DNA of 64,000 nucleotides from an uncultured Candidatus Saccharibacteria bacterium (GCA_964474995.1 CAYYUY010000005.1:7816-71815), one strand, 5' to 3'; counted from the stretch's first letter, positions 28,323 through 40,009 are shown. Numbers and translations: made by a program. The notes: a model not told the origin generated them from the sequence alone.

Positions 28323-29723
28323 ATGAAACTCTATAACACACTGACCAAACAAGTTGATATCATTCAGCCAATCCACGCCCCGCGCGTGACGGTCTACACC
28401 TGTGGCCCAACCGTTTACGACTATCCGCACGTCGGTAACTGGTTTACCTTTATTCGTTATGACCTGCTCGTACGTAGCCTCAAAGCCGGCGGCCTGCAGC
28501 CAAAATGGGTGATGAATATTACCGATGTCGGTCACCTCGTAAGCGACGCAGATGATGGCGAAGACAAACTCGAAAAAGGCGCCAAACGTGAAGGCAAAAC
28601 TGCCTGGGATGTAGCCAAACTCTACGGCGATTATTTTGTAGAAGGGCTGACGAGGCTCAATATCAGCGCACCTGACTTTTTGCCAAGAGCCACTGATCAT
28701 ATTGCAGAACAAATCGAGCTCGTCCAGACACTCGAGTCAAAAGGTTTTACCTATGTGATTGATGACGGTGTGTACTACGACACCAGTAAGTTTGAAGGCT
28801 ACGCAGCATTTGCGCGCCTTGATCTTGATGATCAACAAGCAGGCGCTCGAGTAGAACACAACCCACAGAAGCGAAATGCCAGTGACTTCGCACTCTGGAA
28901 GATCAGCCCACCCGACACTAAGCGTGATATGGAATGGGATAGCCCGTGGGGTAAAGGCTTTCCAGGCTGGCACCTTGAATGTTCAGCTATGAGCATGAAA
29001 TATCTTGGCAATACCATGGACATTCATTCTGGGGGCATTGACCACATTCCAGTACACCACACTAACGAGATCGCACAGTCAGAAGCAGCAACTGGTGAGC
29101 GCTTTGCAAATTATTGGATGCACACCAATCACATATCAGTAAACGGCGACAAAATATCAAAGTCGCTCGGCAATGGTATTACCCTTGAAGACATAGAGGC
29201 CAGAGGCTTTAGCTTAGAAGCATTTCGTCTGCACGTACTTGAAAGTCACTACCATAGCCAAAGTAAATTCAGTTGGGAAAGCCTTCAGGCTGCACAGAAT
29301 CGCTTAAGCGCGTATCAAGCAATGGCAGACCATTCTTATCAAACACACCCAGAGGGCGGCGTTACAGAGGCAGTCGTACAGGATTTGCAGACAAGAGTTC
29401 TTGGATTACTGCAAGATGACCTCAATACACCCGAGGCCCTTGCCGAACTGAGTCAATTTGAGTCACTAGTCGATAATAGTGGCGTCAATGCGACCGCCAA
29501 CAATGCATTTGCAACACTTCTACAATTCCTTGATGACGTTCTTGGATTGCAGCTTAGCAGCAGACAAAACATAACCAGTGAGCTACGAACGCTCCTGGAC
29601 AGCCGTCAAACTGCTCGTGACAGCAAAGACTGGGCAAGTTCTGACAAACTACGCGAAGAGCTATTGTCACAAGGCCTAGAAATCAAAGACACACCTCGTG
29701 GCCAAGTTTGGCATCAAGTTTAA
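28323..29723 (+). CDS. cysS: Cysteine--tRNA ligase
   Basis: CGPTVY, HVGN, DFALWK, PGWHLECSAM, KISKS. Confidence 0.98.
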   Translation: MKLYNTLTKQVDIIQPIHAPRVTVYTCGPTVYDYPHVGNWFTFIRYDLLVRSLKAGGLQPKWVMNITDVGHLVSDADDGEDKLEKGAKREGKTAWDVAKLYGDYFVEGLTRLNISAPDFLPRATDHIAEQIELVQTLESKGFTYVIDDGVYYDTSKFEGYAAFARLDLDDQQAGARVEHNPQKRNASDFALWKISPPDTKRDMEWDSPWGKGFPGWHLECSAMSMKYLGNTMDIHSGGIDHIPVHHTNEIAQSEAATGERFANYWMHTNHISVNGDKISKSLGNGITLEDIEARGFSLEAFRLHVLESHYHSQSKFSWESLQAAQNRLSAYQAMADHSYQTHPEGGVTEAVVQDLQTRVLGLLQDDLNTPEALAELSQFESLVDNSGVNATANNAFATLLQFLDDVLGLQLSSRQNITSELRTLLDSRQTARDSKDWASSDKLREELLSQGLEIKDTPRGQVWHQV

Positions 29724-29734
29724 CTGATCGTACT

Positions 29735-30841
29735 TTAGCTAATTTCTTGTTTGACTTCTGATGGGGTCAAAATGTTTCGCGATTCAAGATAATCAAGTAC
29801 CAAGATGCGGGCACAACCGGCTACAGGAATAGCAACCAGTCCGCCAAAGAGTCCGCCAAAACTGATACCAACTAGTACTGACGAAAACACAAGTAGCGGT
29901 GACATATTGGTAGAGTTCGACTGAATACGTGGCTGTACAACATAGTTTTCGATCTGCTGGTAGAGAATGTAGTAGGCAAGTACGATCAACGCCGTGACTG
30001 GTGACTGGAATAGTGCAACGGTACTGACAATTACTGCGCCAATGGTGTGGCCAACCATTGGAATAAGTCCACAAATGAAGATGATAACCATGAGTGCAAT
30101 CGGATAGCTGACGCCGAGGATGAATAGCACTGGCACAATGAGTACAGCAGCCAGCGCCGCCAACAGTACCTGACCGTTGACGTAGCCTTTTATAACTTTA
30201 TACATTTCCTGTGCTAACCAATCAGCATGTTCACGTTGTTTTGGACGAATGAAACGGCGCATGAACGACACCCAATGTGGACCTTCTGTCAGCATCATAA
30301 ATGTCAGTACCAGTACGGTTAACGTTGCAAAGATACTGCTACCAATGTGGCTGACCGTGCTAAATGCAGTACTGCCAATATTGCTCACCCGTGAAGAAAG
30401 CTGACTAGATAATTTATCAACTTGGCCCTGTAACTTATGCTCTCGAACAAAGTGGCCGAGTGAGCTATCATCACTTCGAATATCTTGCACTAGTTTTGGT
30501 GCATGTTCCAAAAAGTCTGATGTTTGTGTCACAAGAGGTGGCACAATACTCGCAAAGAATCCAAAGAGTAGGGCAATCACAATAAAGAATGAAGCGGCAG
30601 TTCCCAGCGTACGGTTACCACGACGTTTGCCTGGAAGTCGCTGTGATACCCAATGAACCGGTGCATTGAGTGCTAGTGCCAGAAATACAGCAGTGAATAT
30701 CAGAAGCAGCGCGTGTGCGGCCTTATCAAGTGCAGCGAGAAACAGTAATGAAACGATAACGAGCCCGACAACACGGACAACCGTTCGATTAGAAACCGTT
30801 AGCTCAATCTCGTCTGGGGTGTTTTTTCGTTTAAATATCAT
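29735..30841 (-). CDS. AI-2E family transporter
   Basis: YVNGQ, IPMVG, QQIENYVVQPRI, GGLVAIP; start at ATG 30841. Confidence 0.9.
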   Translation of the reverse strand: MIFKRKNTPDEIELTVSNRTVVRVVGLVIVSLLFLAALDKAAHALLLIFTAVFLALALNAPVHWVSQRLPGKRRGNRTLGTAASFFIVIALLFGFFASIVPPLVTQTSDFLEHAPKLVQDIRSDDSSLGHFVREHKLQGQVDKLSSQLSSRVSNIGSTAFSTVSHIGSSIFATLTVLVLTFMMLTEGPHWVSFMRRFIRPKQREHADWLAQEMYKVIKGYVNGQVLLAALAAVLIVPVLFILGVSYPIALMVIIFICGLIPMVGHTIGAVIVSTVALFQSPVTALIVLAYYILYQQIENYVVQPRIQSNSTNMSPLLVFSSVLVGISFGGLFGGLVAIPVAGCARILVLDYLESRNILTPSEVKQEIS

Positions 30842-30848
30842 ACGGTTA

Positions 30849-31973
30849 TTATTGCACGTTCCGTCGTGCACGCAACCCCTGTTCGTAGACGGTCAACCAC
30901 TGCGCACCAACCACATTGACGTCGTAGGCCATTACGGCTGCTTGTTGCTTGGCGTGGACATCCTTACGATAATCAGGAAATTCAATCATGGTTTGTAGCT
31001 TTTCAGCAAAGTGCTGGATGTCATGTGGATCAACAATGATCTCGGGCCACTCACCGATAACACTGCGGTAACCGAGGTTATCACCGCCCATCACTACCCC
31101 GGAGCCAGCGGCCATTGCCTCAATCAGCACGATACCAAAGCTTTCACCACCGAGTGAAGGAAATACCGCGATGTCTGCTGCCTCCAGGAAGGCAGGCTTA
31201 TCAGCTTCTGAAATAAATCCGCTAAACTCAACAATATTTTTGAGTTGGTGTGACTGCACAAATGCCTTGAGTTCGGCATCAAGGGCACCTTTGCCGGCAA
31301 GTCGAACGATGAGACTCTCGCGGATATTTTCCGGCAACATCGCGAGTGCCTTGAGAAGCTCTAGTGAACCTTTTCGGGGAACCAACCTGCCAAGAAATGC
31401 AATTACGAGCTTACCGGAACGTTGAGTTGGCTTCGTACGAAAGGCCGCTACATCAACCACATTTGGCAGTACCTTGGCATGTACATGAAAGCTACTCTCC
31501 GCAAATGCACGCGCCGCATCAGACACCGCATAGATCGCATCAAATCGTTTCAATGTACTACGAAGCCATACACCAAGCGCATGTGTTGCAGCGCGTTCTA
31601 GCCGAGAAAAAGGCAAAATATGAAACGTACCGACGACTGCCGTCGTAGTCGGCGTAACCTGGATAACGCGTGCAGCCATGAAGGGACTGTAGGGCATTTG
31701 GACATGCACCACATCAAGTTCAAGCGAGTTCAACAGCTCACGCAAGCGTCGTTTTGAAGTTGGCAAGGGAATAGTCAGCTTATTGCCATTAAACTTCACC
31801 GGCAAATTGCGTGCCACACTATGCACATTTGGAATGTCAGTTCGGGTTGTTTGTCCCACGATGTAATGTACCTCGTGTCCTTGAGACGAAAGCCAGCCAC
31901 CAAGAGTCAACGCGTACTGTTGCACACCATCAGGTTTGTCGAGCGTATCGTCAAGTACAAACCCAATTTTCAT
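30849..31973 (-). CDS. Glycosyltransferase family 4 (PimA-like)
   Basis: DGVQ, VGTFH, GRLVPRKG, GGESFGIVLIEAMAAG. Confidence 0.9.
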   Translation of the reverse strand: MKIGFVLDDTLDKPDGVQQYALTLGGWLSSQGHEVHYIVGQTTRTDIPNVHSVARNLPVKFNGNKLTIPLPTSKRRLRELLNSLELDVVHVQMPYSPFMAARVIQVTPTTTAVVGTFHILPFSRLERAATHALGVWLRSTLKRFDAIYAVSDAARAFAESSFHVHAKVLPNVVDVAAFRTKPTQRSGKLVIAFLGRLVPRKGSLELLKALAMLPENIRESLIVRLAGKGALDAELKAFVQSHQLKNIVEFSGFISEADKPAFLEAADIAVFPSLGGESFGIVLIEAMAAGSGVVMGGDNLGYRSVIGEWPEIIVDPHDIQHFAEKLQTMIEFPDYRKDVHAKQQAAVMAYDVNVVGAQWLTVYEQGLRARRNVQ

Positions 31974-32132
31974 AAGAACCTACTCTGATTTGCTTGATGG
32001 CTAAAATTCCAAGATCTGTCACTTTCAGTCGATTTTTTGTTGTCTCGTACCTCATGGGTACGCTCAACAGCCAAGAAAATTGACTGAAAATCATAACATC
32101 TTTTGGAATTCGCTTTCATCATACAGATCAGC

Positions 32133-33257
32133 CTAGGCTCTCTTGTGTTCCTTGCAGGCTTTTTTGTAGAGCTTTTCGTATTGGTCAACGATCCGCGGGT
32201 AATCAAATTGCTTGATGTAATCGAGTGACCAGTCGTTCCACGTATCACGCATACCTTTGTCGCTCAAAAAAAGTAGTAAGCGCCTCGAGAAATCGACACT
32301 GTCCTTTGGCGTCACGAGCCCAAGTGCACCACGCTCGCGCAGCACACTGGCATAGCCAGGATTGGCACCAGCTACGACTGGGCGACCGCAAGCCATTGCC
32401 TCGAGTAATACGATGCCAAAACTTTCACCGTAGACCGCAGGTGAACAAAAAACATCAGCCGACTGCATCAAGTGAATCTTATCGGCGTCTTCAATGTAGC
32501 CAAGGAATTCAACATTCTGTAACCCAAGCTCATCGGCATATTCAGTCAATTTTTTGCGGTCTGGGCCGTCACCAGCAATCAATAACTGCGCATTTGGCAT
32601 TTCTGCCTGCACCAACGCAAACGCACGAAGCAAATACTTCACACCCTTGCGCTTTTCGAGGCGGCCAATATAGAAGATGGTTGGGGCACTCAGTTTAGCG
32701 CGCGGTTTGACAGAGTATTTGGTCAGATCAATCCCGTTTGGAATGATTGTAATTTCTGCGTCGCTGAGCTGCCGTAAGTAGTCAGTCGCTGGTTCGGAGA
32801 CCGCGGTAAATACATCGATATACTTGAGAATTGACTTGGTATACGGCGTAATGACACGTTCAAGCGTCTTGCTCACACGTGTATCAGGCATCTTGGAGTG
32901 AAACGTAGCAACATTGATAGTGTTACTGCGAGTCAGAATCTGGCGACTAATAATTGGGATCCATGGCTCGTGAAAGTGTAGTAAGTCAAACTTTTGCTCT
33001 TCCAATACTTGTTCAACACGCTCACCACTGGCCGTTGCTGATACCTGTGCCGTCGTTGCAAATGGAGACTTGAAGTCAGCAGAACCACCAAGAAAGATCA
33101 TGTTGTCAGGTGTTGGGCCGTCATAACCACGTGGCTGTGGTGTGATAATTACTGCTGTATGGCCGCGTTTTTGCAGCTCAGCTTGGGTGGCCAGGATACA
33201 TTCCTGCACACCACCGCTTTTGAAAATATTGTACGGAGATACGAGACCAATTTTCAT
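32133..33257 (-). CDS. Glycosyltransferase family 4 (PimA-like)
   Basis: SPYNIFKSGGVQ, HFHEP, VATFH, GRLEKRKG, GESFGIVLLEAMA. Confidence 0.9.
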   Translation of the reverse strand: MKIGLVSPYNIFKSGGVQECILATQAELQKRGHTAVIITPQPRGYDGPTPDNMIFLGGSADFKSPFATTAQVSATASGERVEQVLEEQKFDLLHFHEPWIPIISRQILTRSNTINVATFHSKMPDTRVSKTLERVITPYTKSILKYIDVFTAVSEPATDYLRQLSDAEITIIPNGIDLTKYSVKPRAKLSAPTIFYIGRLEKRKGVKYLLRAFALVQAEMPNAQLLIAGDGPDRKKLTEYADELGLQNVEFLGYIEDADKIHLMQSADVFCSPAVYGESFGIVLLEAMACGRPVVAGANPGYASVLRERGALGLVTPKDSVDFSRRLLLFLSDKGMRDTWNDWSLDYIKQFDYPRIVDQYEKLYKKACKEHKRA

Positions 33258-33277
33258 ACTTGTCTCTAGTATACCAT

Positions 33278-34207
33278 CTAGAACTTCGCGAGCTGCTTGC
33301 GAATCTTCTTTGGAATAAGTGGTGCGGCCGTTTTGACGTCTGCAATAACGCTCGGTGCATGACGATCAAGCTTAGATTCGGCAGCAGTGAAGTCCGTAAA
33401 TATCACACGCATGTGCTGTTCGACATTATGCTTGTCAAAGTACTGGTCAATTTTGGTGTACACATGCCAGACGGGCAGGGCAACTTGCTTATGACAGTTA
33501 TTTACCGTTAGCATTTCGTATGTGGTGGCCATGTGCGTCCGTGGGTCATTGGCATGCCATAGGTGTACTTCGGCGTCCATCAGTAGCTTGTGTTCTTTGG
33601 CTTCTACGCCAGCAAATTTCTTCTTGGCATTGTGTGTTTTGGCATAAATTGCGCGCAAGATAGCCGGATGCAAGGCAACATTTTGGAAAAAGATCGATGG
33701 CAATTTATAGGATAGAGACTTCGAGGCAAGCTTGTAGGCAGTATGTCGGCGTTTACTAAAGCTAAAGTCATCGTAGTGCGAAAAACCGACAACACTCACG
33801 AACATATCAACCTTCTTGGCGAGTTCTGGGTAACGTTGCAGCATGCGAGTGGCAACGATGAAGCCAAATGACAGGCCGACAATGCTCACACGGCGTCGGC
33901 TATAGTGCATTTTTACGAAGGCAGCGAGGTAATCAGCCAAGTTATCAAGTGTTGGTTTTTCGCCAATTTTATAGAAGCTATCCATGCCGCCAAAACCAGG
34001 TAGATCAGGCGCCGTAACAGCTCCGTATTGGTTGAGATCTTGGATTAGTCCCCACCAACGCTCCAAACTTGAATGGTGACCATACACAAACAATATTTCA
34101 CGTCGTTTGCCAGTAGGCGCAGGCATACGAAGCATACGACCGTGCAGGCCGTTCATATAGAGCGGGATGATGTAATCACCGGGATTACGGACTTCGGTAT
34201 TAGACAT
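33278..34207 (-). CDS. Alpha/beta hydrolase
   Basis: PDLPGFG, nucleophile elbow GLSFG, late Asp and His. Confidence 0.85.
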   Translation of the reverse strand: MSNTEVRNPGDYIIPLYMNGLHGRMLRMPAPTGKRREILFVYGHHSSLERWWGLIQDLNQYGAVTAPDLPGFGGMDSFYKIGEKPTLDNLADYLAAFVKMHYSRRRVSIVGLSFGFIVATRMLQRYPELAKKVDMFVSVVGFSHYDDFSFSKRRHTAYKLASKSLSYKLPSIFFQNVALHPAILRAIYAKTHNAKKKFAGVEAKEHKLLMDAEVHLWHANDPRTHMATTYEMLTVNNCHKQVALPVWHVYTKIDQYFDKHNVEQHMRVIFTDFTAAESKLDRHAPSVIADVKTAAPLIPKKIRKQLAKF

Positions 34208-34264
34208 AACGTTATATGAACTCTACGGTTTTTTTGCCTCGAGAGCAACCCCTTGAGTGTCAGG

Positions 34265-35149
34265 TTACTCGTAAAGTACGGCTTTACCGACCCAGACATA
34301 TTCCCACGGTTCTGGCTCAGGCCCTTGCTCGGACGCGCCAGCAGGGTAGCTCGGTATCCAACCAAACTGCTTGGCATGCAAGTAATTGTTGGCATTTAAC
34401 CATTTAAAGCAGCTACTAGTTCCGAAGTTACCCGTGCCGTCTTCACACCAGAAATCAACAGTATAGCCTGTGTGGTGACGCGAATAGCCTGGGACCGCTG
34501 TAACGTCCAAATTGGCTTCCACGGCGGCATCAGCCTCGCCAGCAGCAACCATATCAACTGTCACACCACGTGCCAGCAAACGTTGCATAAACAAATCTCT
34601 TTGCCACTCGGGTGAACGATATGCAGATAGTAACGCCAACGGCACATTGTCTTTGGTGGCAGCGGCTTTTATGCCTTCCCAGCCCTTAAATGCCAGGGGC
34701 TGTAACAAATCGTCGGTTTCACCTTGTAATAGTGGTTCATTCGTCTTCACGAGTGCAGTGACCGGGATGCGTGTTTGCTGAAAACCACGAGCTTCTACGA
34801 TCTTTCGGATTCGCTCATCTGCGATAAGATTGCCCGTTATCTCAGGAGGCTCTATAAATGCCTCAGTATTTGGGTATGACTGCATGACGTTACGGTACAA
34901 ATCTCTAAATTGGTTGCCAGTGAATTGTTTCGGTGTATTGAGTTTAGCGACCGGCAGCTGTATTGGGCCATCTTTAACATGATTAACACCACCACCGTCG
35001 AAACGTCGAAACACATGCTTATCAGCAGCCACGTTGAGTCCAAAAATGATGACAAAAACTGCCACGATCCCGCTTGCGACCACAAACAAACGTCGATAGG
35101 ATCGACGCTTTCGTTTTACTTGGATGTGGCGTGGTTCGATAACCCTCAT
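34265..35149 (-). CDS. D-Ala-D-Ala carboxypeptidase, VanY/M15B family
   Basis: N-terminal TM; SAYRS, PGYSRHHTGYTVD, EPWEY. Confidence 0.88.
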   Translation of the reverse strand: MRVIEPRHIQVKRKRRSYRRLFVVASGIVAVFVIIFGLNVAADKHVFRRFDGGGVNHVKDGPIQLPVAKLNTPKQFTGNQFRDLYRNVMQSYPNTEAFIEPPEITGNLIADERIRKIVEARGFQQTRIPVTALVKTNEPLLQGETDDLLQPLAFKGWEGIKAAATKDNVPLALLSAYRSPEWQRDLFMQRLLARGVTVDMVAAGEADAAVEANLDVTAVPGYSRHHTGYTVDFWCEDGTGNFGTSSCFKWLNANNYLHAKQFGWIPSYPAGASEQGPEPEPWEYVWVGKAVLYE

Positions 35150-35226
35150 AAATCATTACCAGTATACATAAAAATCCGGCCGGGCGCTCGTATTTAAGAT
35201 GTAAAATGAGTAGTATTAGGTACTGA

Positions 35227-36009
35227 TTACTTTAGGCGCATACTCAAGCCGAGCCCGCCAAACACCTCGCAGGTAAATACTGGCACGGTTACGGTGCTCA
35301 ATATTTCGTCGTAGCGGTAACCAAGCCCATTGAACTCTCGTAGCTTAGCCAGATCATTGATCCTATTCGTGATAAGCCAGCTCGCAAACGCCCCTCTGGC
35401 AATTTTGGTATGTACCGTTACAAAGGTTAGTTTACCGGTTTTCTGGCTTCTCGTTAGAAATGATGGCGTCGTGATGTGTGTTGTATCGACATACGGTGTG
35501 ATAGTTTTGCTATATTCTACGGCTGCGAGATTAATGATTGGCACCCCTTGTGGCAGTGTGGCGGCAATTACATTTCCCCAATACTTGTACGCCGTTCGGT
35601 ATGGCTCATCTGGCAATTTGTAGCCCATTTCAAACCTATAAGGAGCGATGCCATCAAGCGGACGCAGTATGCCATACAGCCCAGACAAAATTCTGAGTGT
35701 ACGATTGGCGTACTCTCGATCCTCAACTGACCATAACTGCACTTGTAGACCGCTGTAGATATCACCAAGGAAACTATCAACGGCTGGCCGCTGCAGATTC
35801 CATTGCGAAGACCATTCATCTATCTGCTTCTTGGTCTTAATGGCCAACGGCTCAGATATGGCCATTACTTTCATAATCTGGTCAGTTGTAAGTGTTTTGA
35901 GATAATTGTGTAGCTCAACAGCACACTCGAGTAGTTCAGGCTGATCGAAGTGATCACTTGTCGATGCTATTGGCCGCATCGTCTTTGAAGAATGAATCAG
36001 AATTATCAT
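35227..36009 (-). CDS. yaaA: YaaA family peroxide stress protein
   Basis: SSKTM, LRILSGLYGILRPLD, YRFEMG, NLAAVEY, KIARG. Confidence 0.92.
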   Translation of the reverse strand: MIILIHSSKTMRPIASTSDHFDQPELLECAVELHNYLKTLTTDQIMKVMAISEPLAIKTKKQIDEWSSQWNLQRPAVDSFLGDIYSGLQVQLWSVEDREYANRTLRILSGLYGILRPLDGIAPYRFEMGYKLPDEPYRTAYKYWGNVIAATLPQGVPIINLAAVEYSKTITPYVDTTHITTPSFLTRSQKTGKLTFVTVHTKIARGAFASWLITNRINDLAKLREFNGLGYRYDEILSTVTVPVFTCEVFGGLGLSMRLK

Positions 36010-36016
36010 GAAAATC

Positions 36017-36619
36017 TTAAATCAATGTTTGCCAGTAGTACCAAAAGTGGTGGAGGATAGCCACAATAATTGCCAGATACCAGACGACGAGCACATCGCC
36101 GTGATGTACCTGCAAAAATATCCCTAGCTTCTTGAAACGAGCCGGAAGTTGTATATGACCCTCTCGGAAGTTATACAGCGTCGTGTACCAAAATATCGGG
36201 ATGGTGACAGACCAGACAACCATACAGTACGGACAAAGCGCCTGGATGCTATACACACTCTGAAAGAATAACCACGTGATGAAGCTGACGCCGAACAACG
36301 CACCGATGTTCAAGCCAATCCAGAACCAACGCTTGAATTTCGCGCCTGCCAGCATCGCCATCCCAATTGTTATAACAATTGGGAAACCTGCCAACCCAAT
36401 AATTGGGTTCGGAAAGCCAAACACCGAGCCCTGCCATGAACTCATGACGTTACCACAGCTAATGATTGGATTGATGCTACATGACGGCTTATACGCAGGA
36501 TTAGTTAGTAGATGAATTTTTTCGTACATGATTATAAATGCACAGATAAAGCCAACGATACCGCCAATTACCAGGATGTAAGGAAGTGCCTTTTGTAATG
36601 TTCGCTGTTTCTTGGCCAT
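36017..36619 (-). CDS. Vitamin K epoxide reductase (VKOR) family protein
   Basis: CSINPIISC loop cysteines, FGFPN, LCPYC active site. Confidence 0.93.
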   Translation of the reverse strand: MAKKQRTLQKALPYILVIGGIVGFICAFIIMYEKIHLLTNPAYKPSCSINPIISCGNVMSSWQGSVFGFPNPIIGLAGFPIVITIGMAMLAGAKFKRWFWIGLNIGALFGVSFITWLFFQSVYSIQALCPYCMVVWSVTIPIFWYTTLYNFREGHIQLPARFKKLGIFLQVHHGDVLVVWYLAIIVAILHHFWYYWQTLI

Positions 36620-36634
36620 TCACAGTATCATAGC

Positions 36635-36663
36635 AAAAAACCCGGTCAATACGGCCGAGTTTT
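36635..36663 (-). terminator. Intrinsic terminator
   Basis: Minus strand AAAACTCGGCCG-TAT-TGACCGGGTTTTTT (imperfect stem). Confidence 0.55.
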
Positions 36664-36773
36664 ACAAAATACAGGGTTGTGTGAGTGCGGGTGGGAGATA
36701 GTAAAGATATATGTCGTGACGCCAAGGCGACACGTCACATCTTCAAGATCTCACCGTACCCGCACTCTGTTGC

Positions 36774-37097
36774 TCATCCGCGTCTGCGCGCCCAAATGAT
36801 ATGGACACCGATTATGACAGCAATACTGATAGATGACATGACGAGTGCGATGTGAATTTTGCCAGGAGACATCGGACTAAGAGATTCCCCTGACTTACGA
36901 ATCGACATGACCAAGAAACTGATCGCAGTGACACCCAGAGAACTCAGTGTAGCCAATCCAATAACGCCTACGCGCTCTTTGGTTGTCCTGATTTCCCAAT
37001 TCGTGGGCTCTTGTTTATCGCGATGTAGTTTGTCTTGCTGTAGATCTCCCGCTTGGTTTGATCGAACAAACAATTCATTTCCTCTCAGAAGGGGCAT
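36774..37097 (-). CDS. Hypothetical two-TM protein
   Basis: 107-aa ORF with two hydrophobic segments and a basic C-terminus. Confidence 0.5.
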   Translation of the reverse strand: MPLLRGNELFVRSNQAGDLQQDKLHRDKQEPTNWEIRTTKERVGVIGLATLSSLGVTAISFLVMSIRKSGESLSPMSPGKIHIALVMSSISIAVIIGVHIIWARRRG

Positions 37098-37164
37098 TAC
37101 GGACGTTCCGCAACCCGTTCTAGTATGACGAATAACTATAATTCTGAAGTGTTATTCTTCACAT

Positions 37165-37674
37165 TTACTGGGGTGGCAAGTTGCCCTTGTCGCCTGGGCA
37201 GGTAATGGAATCTATTTGGAGCGCACCATTCAATACTACGGTTGTAACAATTGTCGATTTTGTGCCGTCTGGATATTCTGCAACTGCACTGACGGTCGCC
37301 ACAGGACCAGTTGAAACCAGTAAAGCGGTAACCTTGATGGGCATAACTGTTGAACAGATAATTGGGTCAAATCCGTGTTGATAGTATTGGTCGTAGAACA
37401 CAAGATTCTTACTGCCATAACCATCTATCATTCTCGGTCTAAATTCTGGTTTGGTGTTTGGATTTATATACTGCCGATAGAAGTTACTGACTTGCTGTGT
37501 AGCCACGTCACCATCTACGTACGGGATAACGTGATGCGGTGGTGGCATAGCGGGTTCTGAACTTGGCACTATATGATATAGCGCCTGATTGGCCAAGAAT
37601 CCTACGAGGACTGCTCCTAACACGATTAGTAACGGAAGGTATTTGTACTTTGCTTTCTGAACTTTTTTAGCCAT
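37165..37674 (-). CDS. Hypothetical membrane-anchored/secreted protein
   Basis: N-terminal TM; DPIICS and C-terminal IDSITCP (possible disulfide). Confidence 0.75.
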   Translation of the reverse strand: MAKKVQKAKYKYLPLLIVLGAVLVGFLANQALYHIVPSSEPAMPPPHHVIPYVDGDVATQQVSNFYRQYINPNTKPEFRPRMIDGYGSKNLVFYDQYYQHGFDPIICSTVMPIKVTALLVSTGPVATVSAVAEYPDGTKSTIVTTVVLNGALQIDSITCPGDKGNLPPQ

Positions 37675-37744
37675 ATATCAAGCATAAGAGACATGGACTT
37701 TTACACCAAATAAAAAAGACGTAACCGCTGATCTTTTCTTGCTT

Positions 37745-37766
37745 TGGCGAGGGCGGAGGGATTCGA
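37745..37766 (-). repeat. Copy of the tRNA-Gln 3' end
   Basis: tggcgagggcggagggattcga versus tRNA tggctagggcggagggattcga (21/22 identical). Confidence 0.85.
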
Positions 37767-37901
37767 CCTTATGGGCAAAGAAAATTACTTTGCCAACATA
37801 ACTGCTTCGCAGCAAGGGCGGCCAAAGCCCACTGGGCTTTGTCGTTCAAATCCACCTCCCGAAATCAAGCAAAAAGCCGGTCTTTCGACCGACTCTTAGC
37901 T

Positions 37902-37976
37902 TGGCTAGGGCGGAGGGATTCGAACCCCCGAATGCCAGTACCAAAAACTGGTGCCTTACCACTTGGCGACGCCCTA
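37902..37976 (-). tRNA. tRNA-Gln (TTG)
   Basis: TAGGGCGTCGCCAAGTGGTAAGGCACCAGTTTTTGGTACTGGCATTCGGGGGTTCGAATCCCTCCGCCCTAGCCA. Confidence 0.97.
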
Positions 37977-38069
37977 ATATGTAGATGTTAATTGCATTTT
38001 ATTGTCTTGCGTGACATTTGGTACCGAGCCGGTACCTCTTAACTATTTGTTGTCACAAGCGACAACTGG

Positions 38070-38102
38070 CTGGTGCCTTACCACCCAAGCGACGCCCTAA
38101 TA
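38070..38102 (-). repeat. Degenerate copy of the tRNA-Gln 5' half
   Basis: ctggtgccttaccacccaagcgacgccctaata versus tRNA ctggtgccttaccacttggcgacgccctaata. Confidence 0.8.
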
Positions 38103-38149
38103 ACTTAGAATCAAGTTAACAGATAGATTTTACAGAAAAAGTGCTCATA

Positions 38150-38431
38150 TTAAAAGGGGGCTTGGCAGCGGTACATATTAATTGATGCTCCGTCATCGTC
38201 AATGTACTGATCCAAGACAAGGCCGGTGCAGTGGTCAGTTCTTGAGAGCAGGATACTCATCTTGACCATTTTACGTGCCATCAGATGCGCTACTTTCGCT
38301 TCACTCTCAGGAGATGTGGCAAGATTCATTTCAATTATAGTCTCAAGATCACGTACATCATCGAGGGTTGGTGCAATATATGGACAGTCCACGCAATGAA
38401 GTGGTATTCCTAAATCATTTCTGGCAATCAT
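38150..38431 (-). CDS. Hypothetical small protein, possibly metal-binding
   Basis: CVDC plus two further Cys; TATAAT 6 nt before the ATG. Confidence 0.65.
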   Translation of the reverse strand: MIARNDLGIPLHCVDCPYIAPTLDDVRDLETIIEMNLATSPESEAKVAHLMARKMVKMSILLSRTDHCTGLVLDQYIDDDGASINMYRCQAPF

Positions 38432-38547
38432 TTACATATTATACAACTTTTATATGTATTTGTCATGATTTAGGTTACTGAAAATGCTCATGCTCGCTCC
38501 TATTTCCGACTAAGCGTACAATAGGCCCATTACAGAGGAGAAAAGTA

Positions 38548-40007
<1,460 letters not shown>

Positions 40008-40009
40008 CA

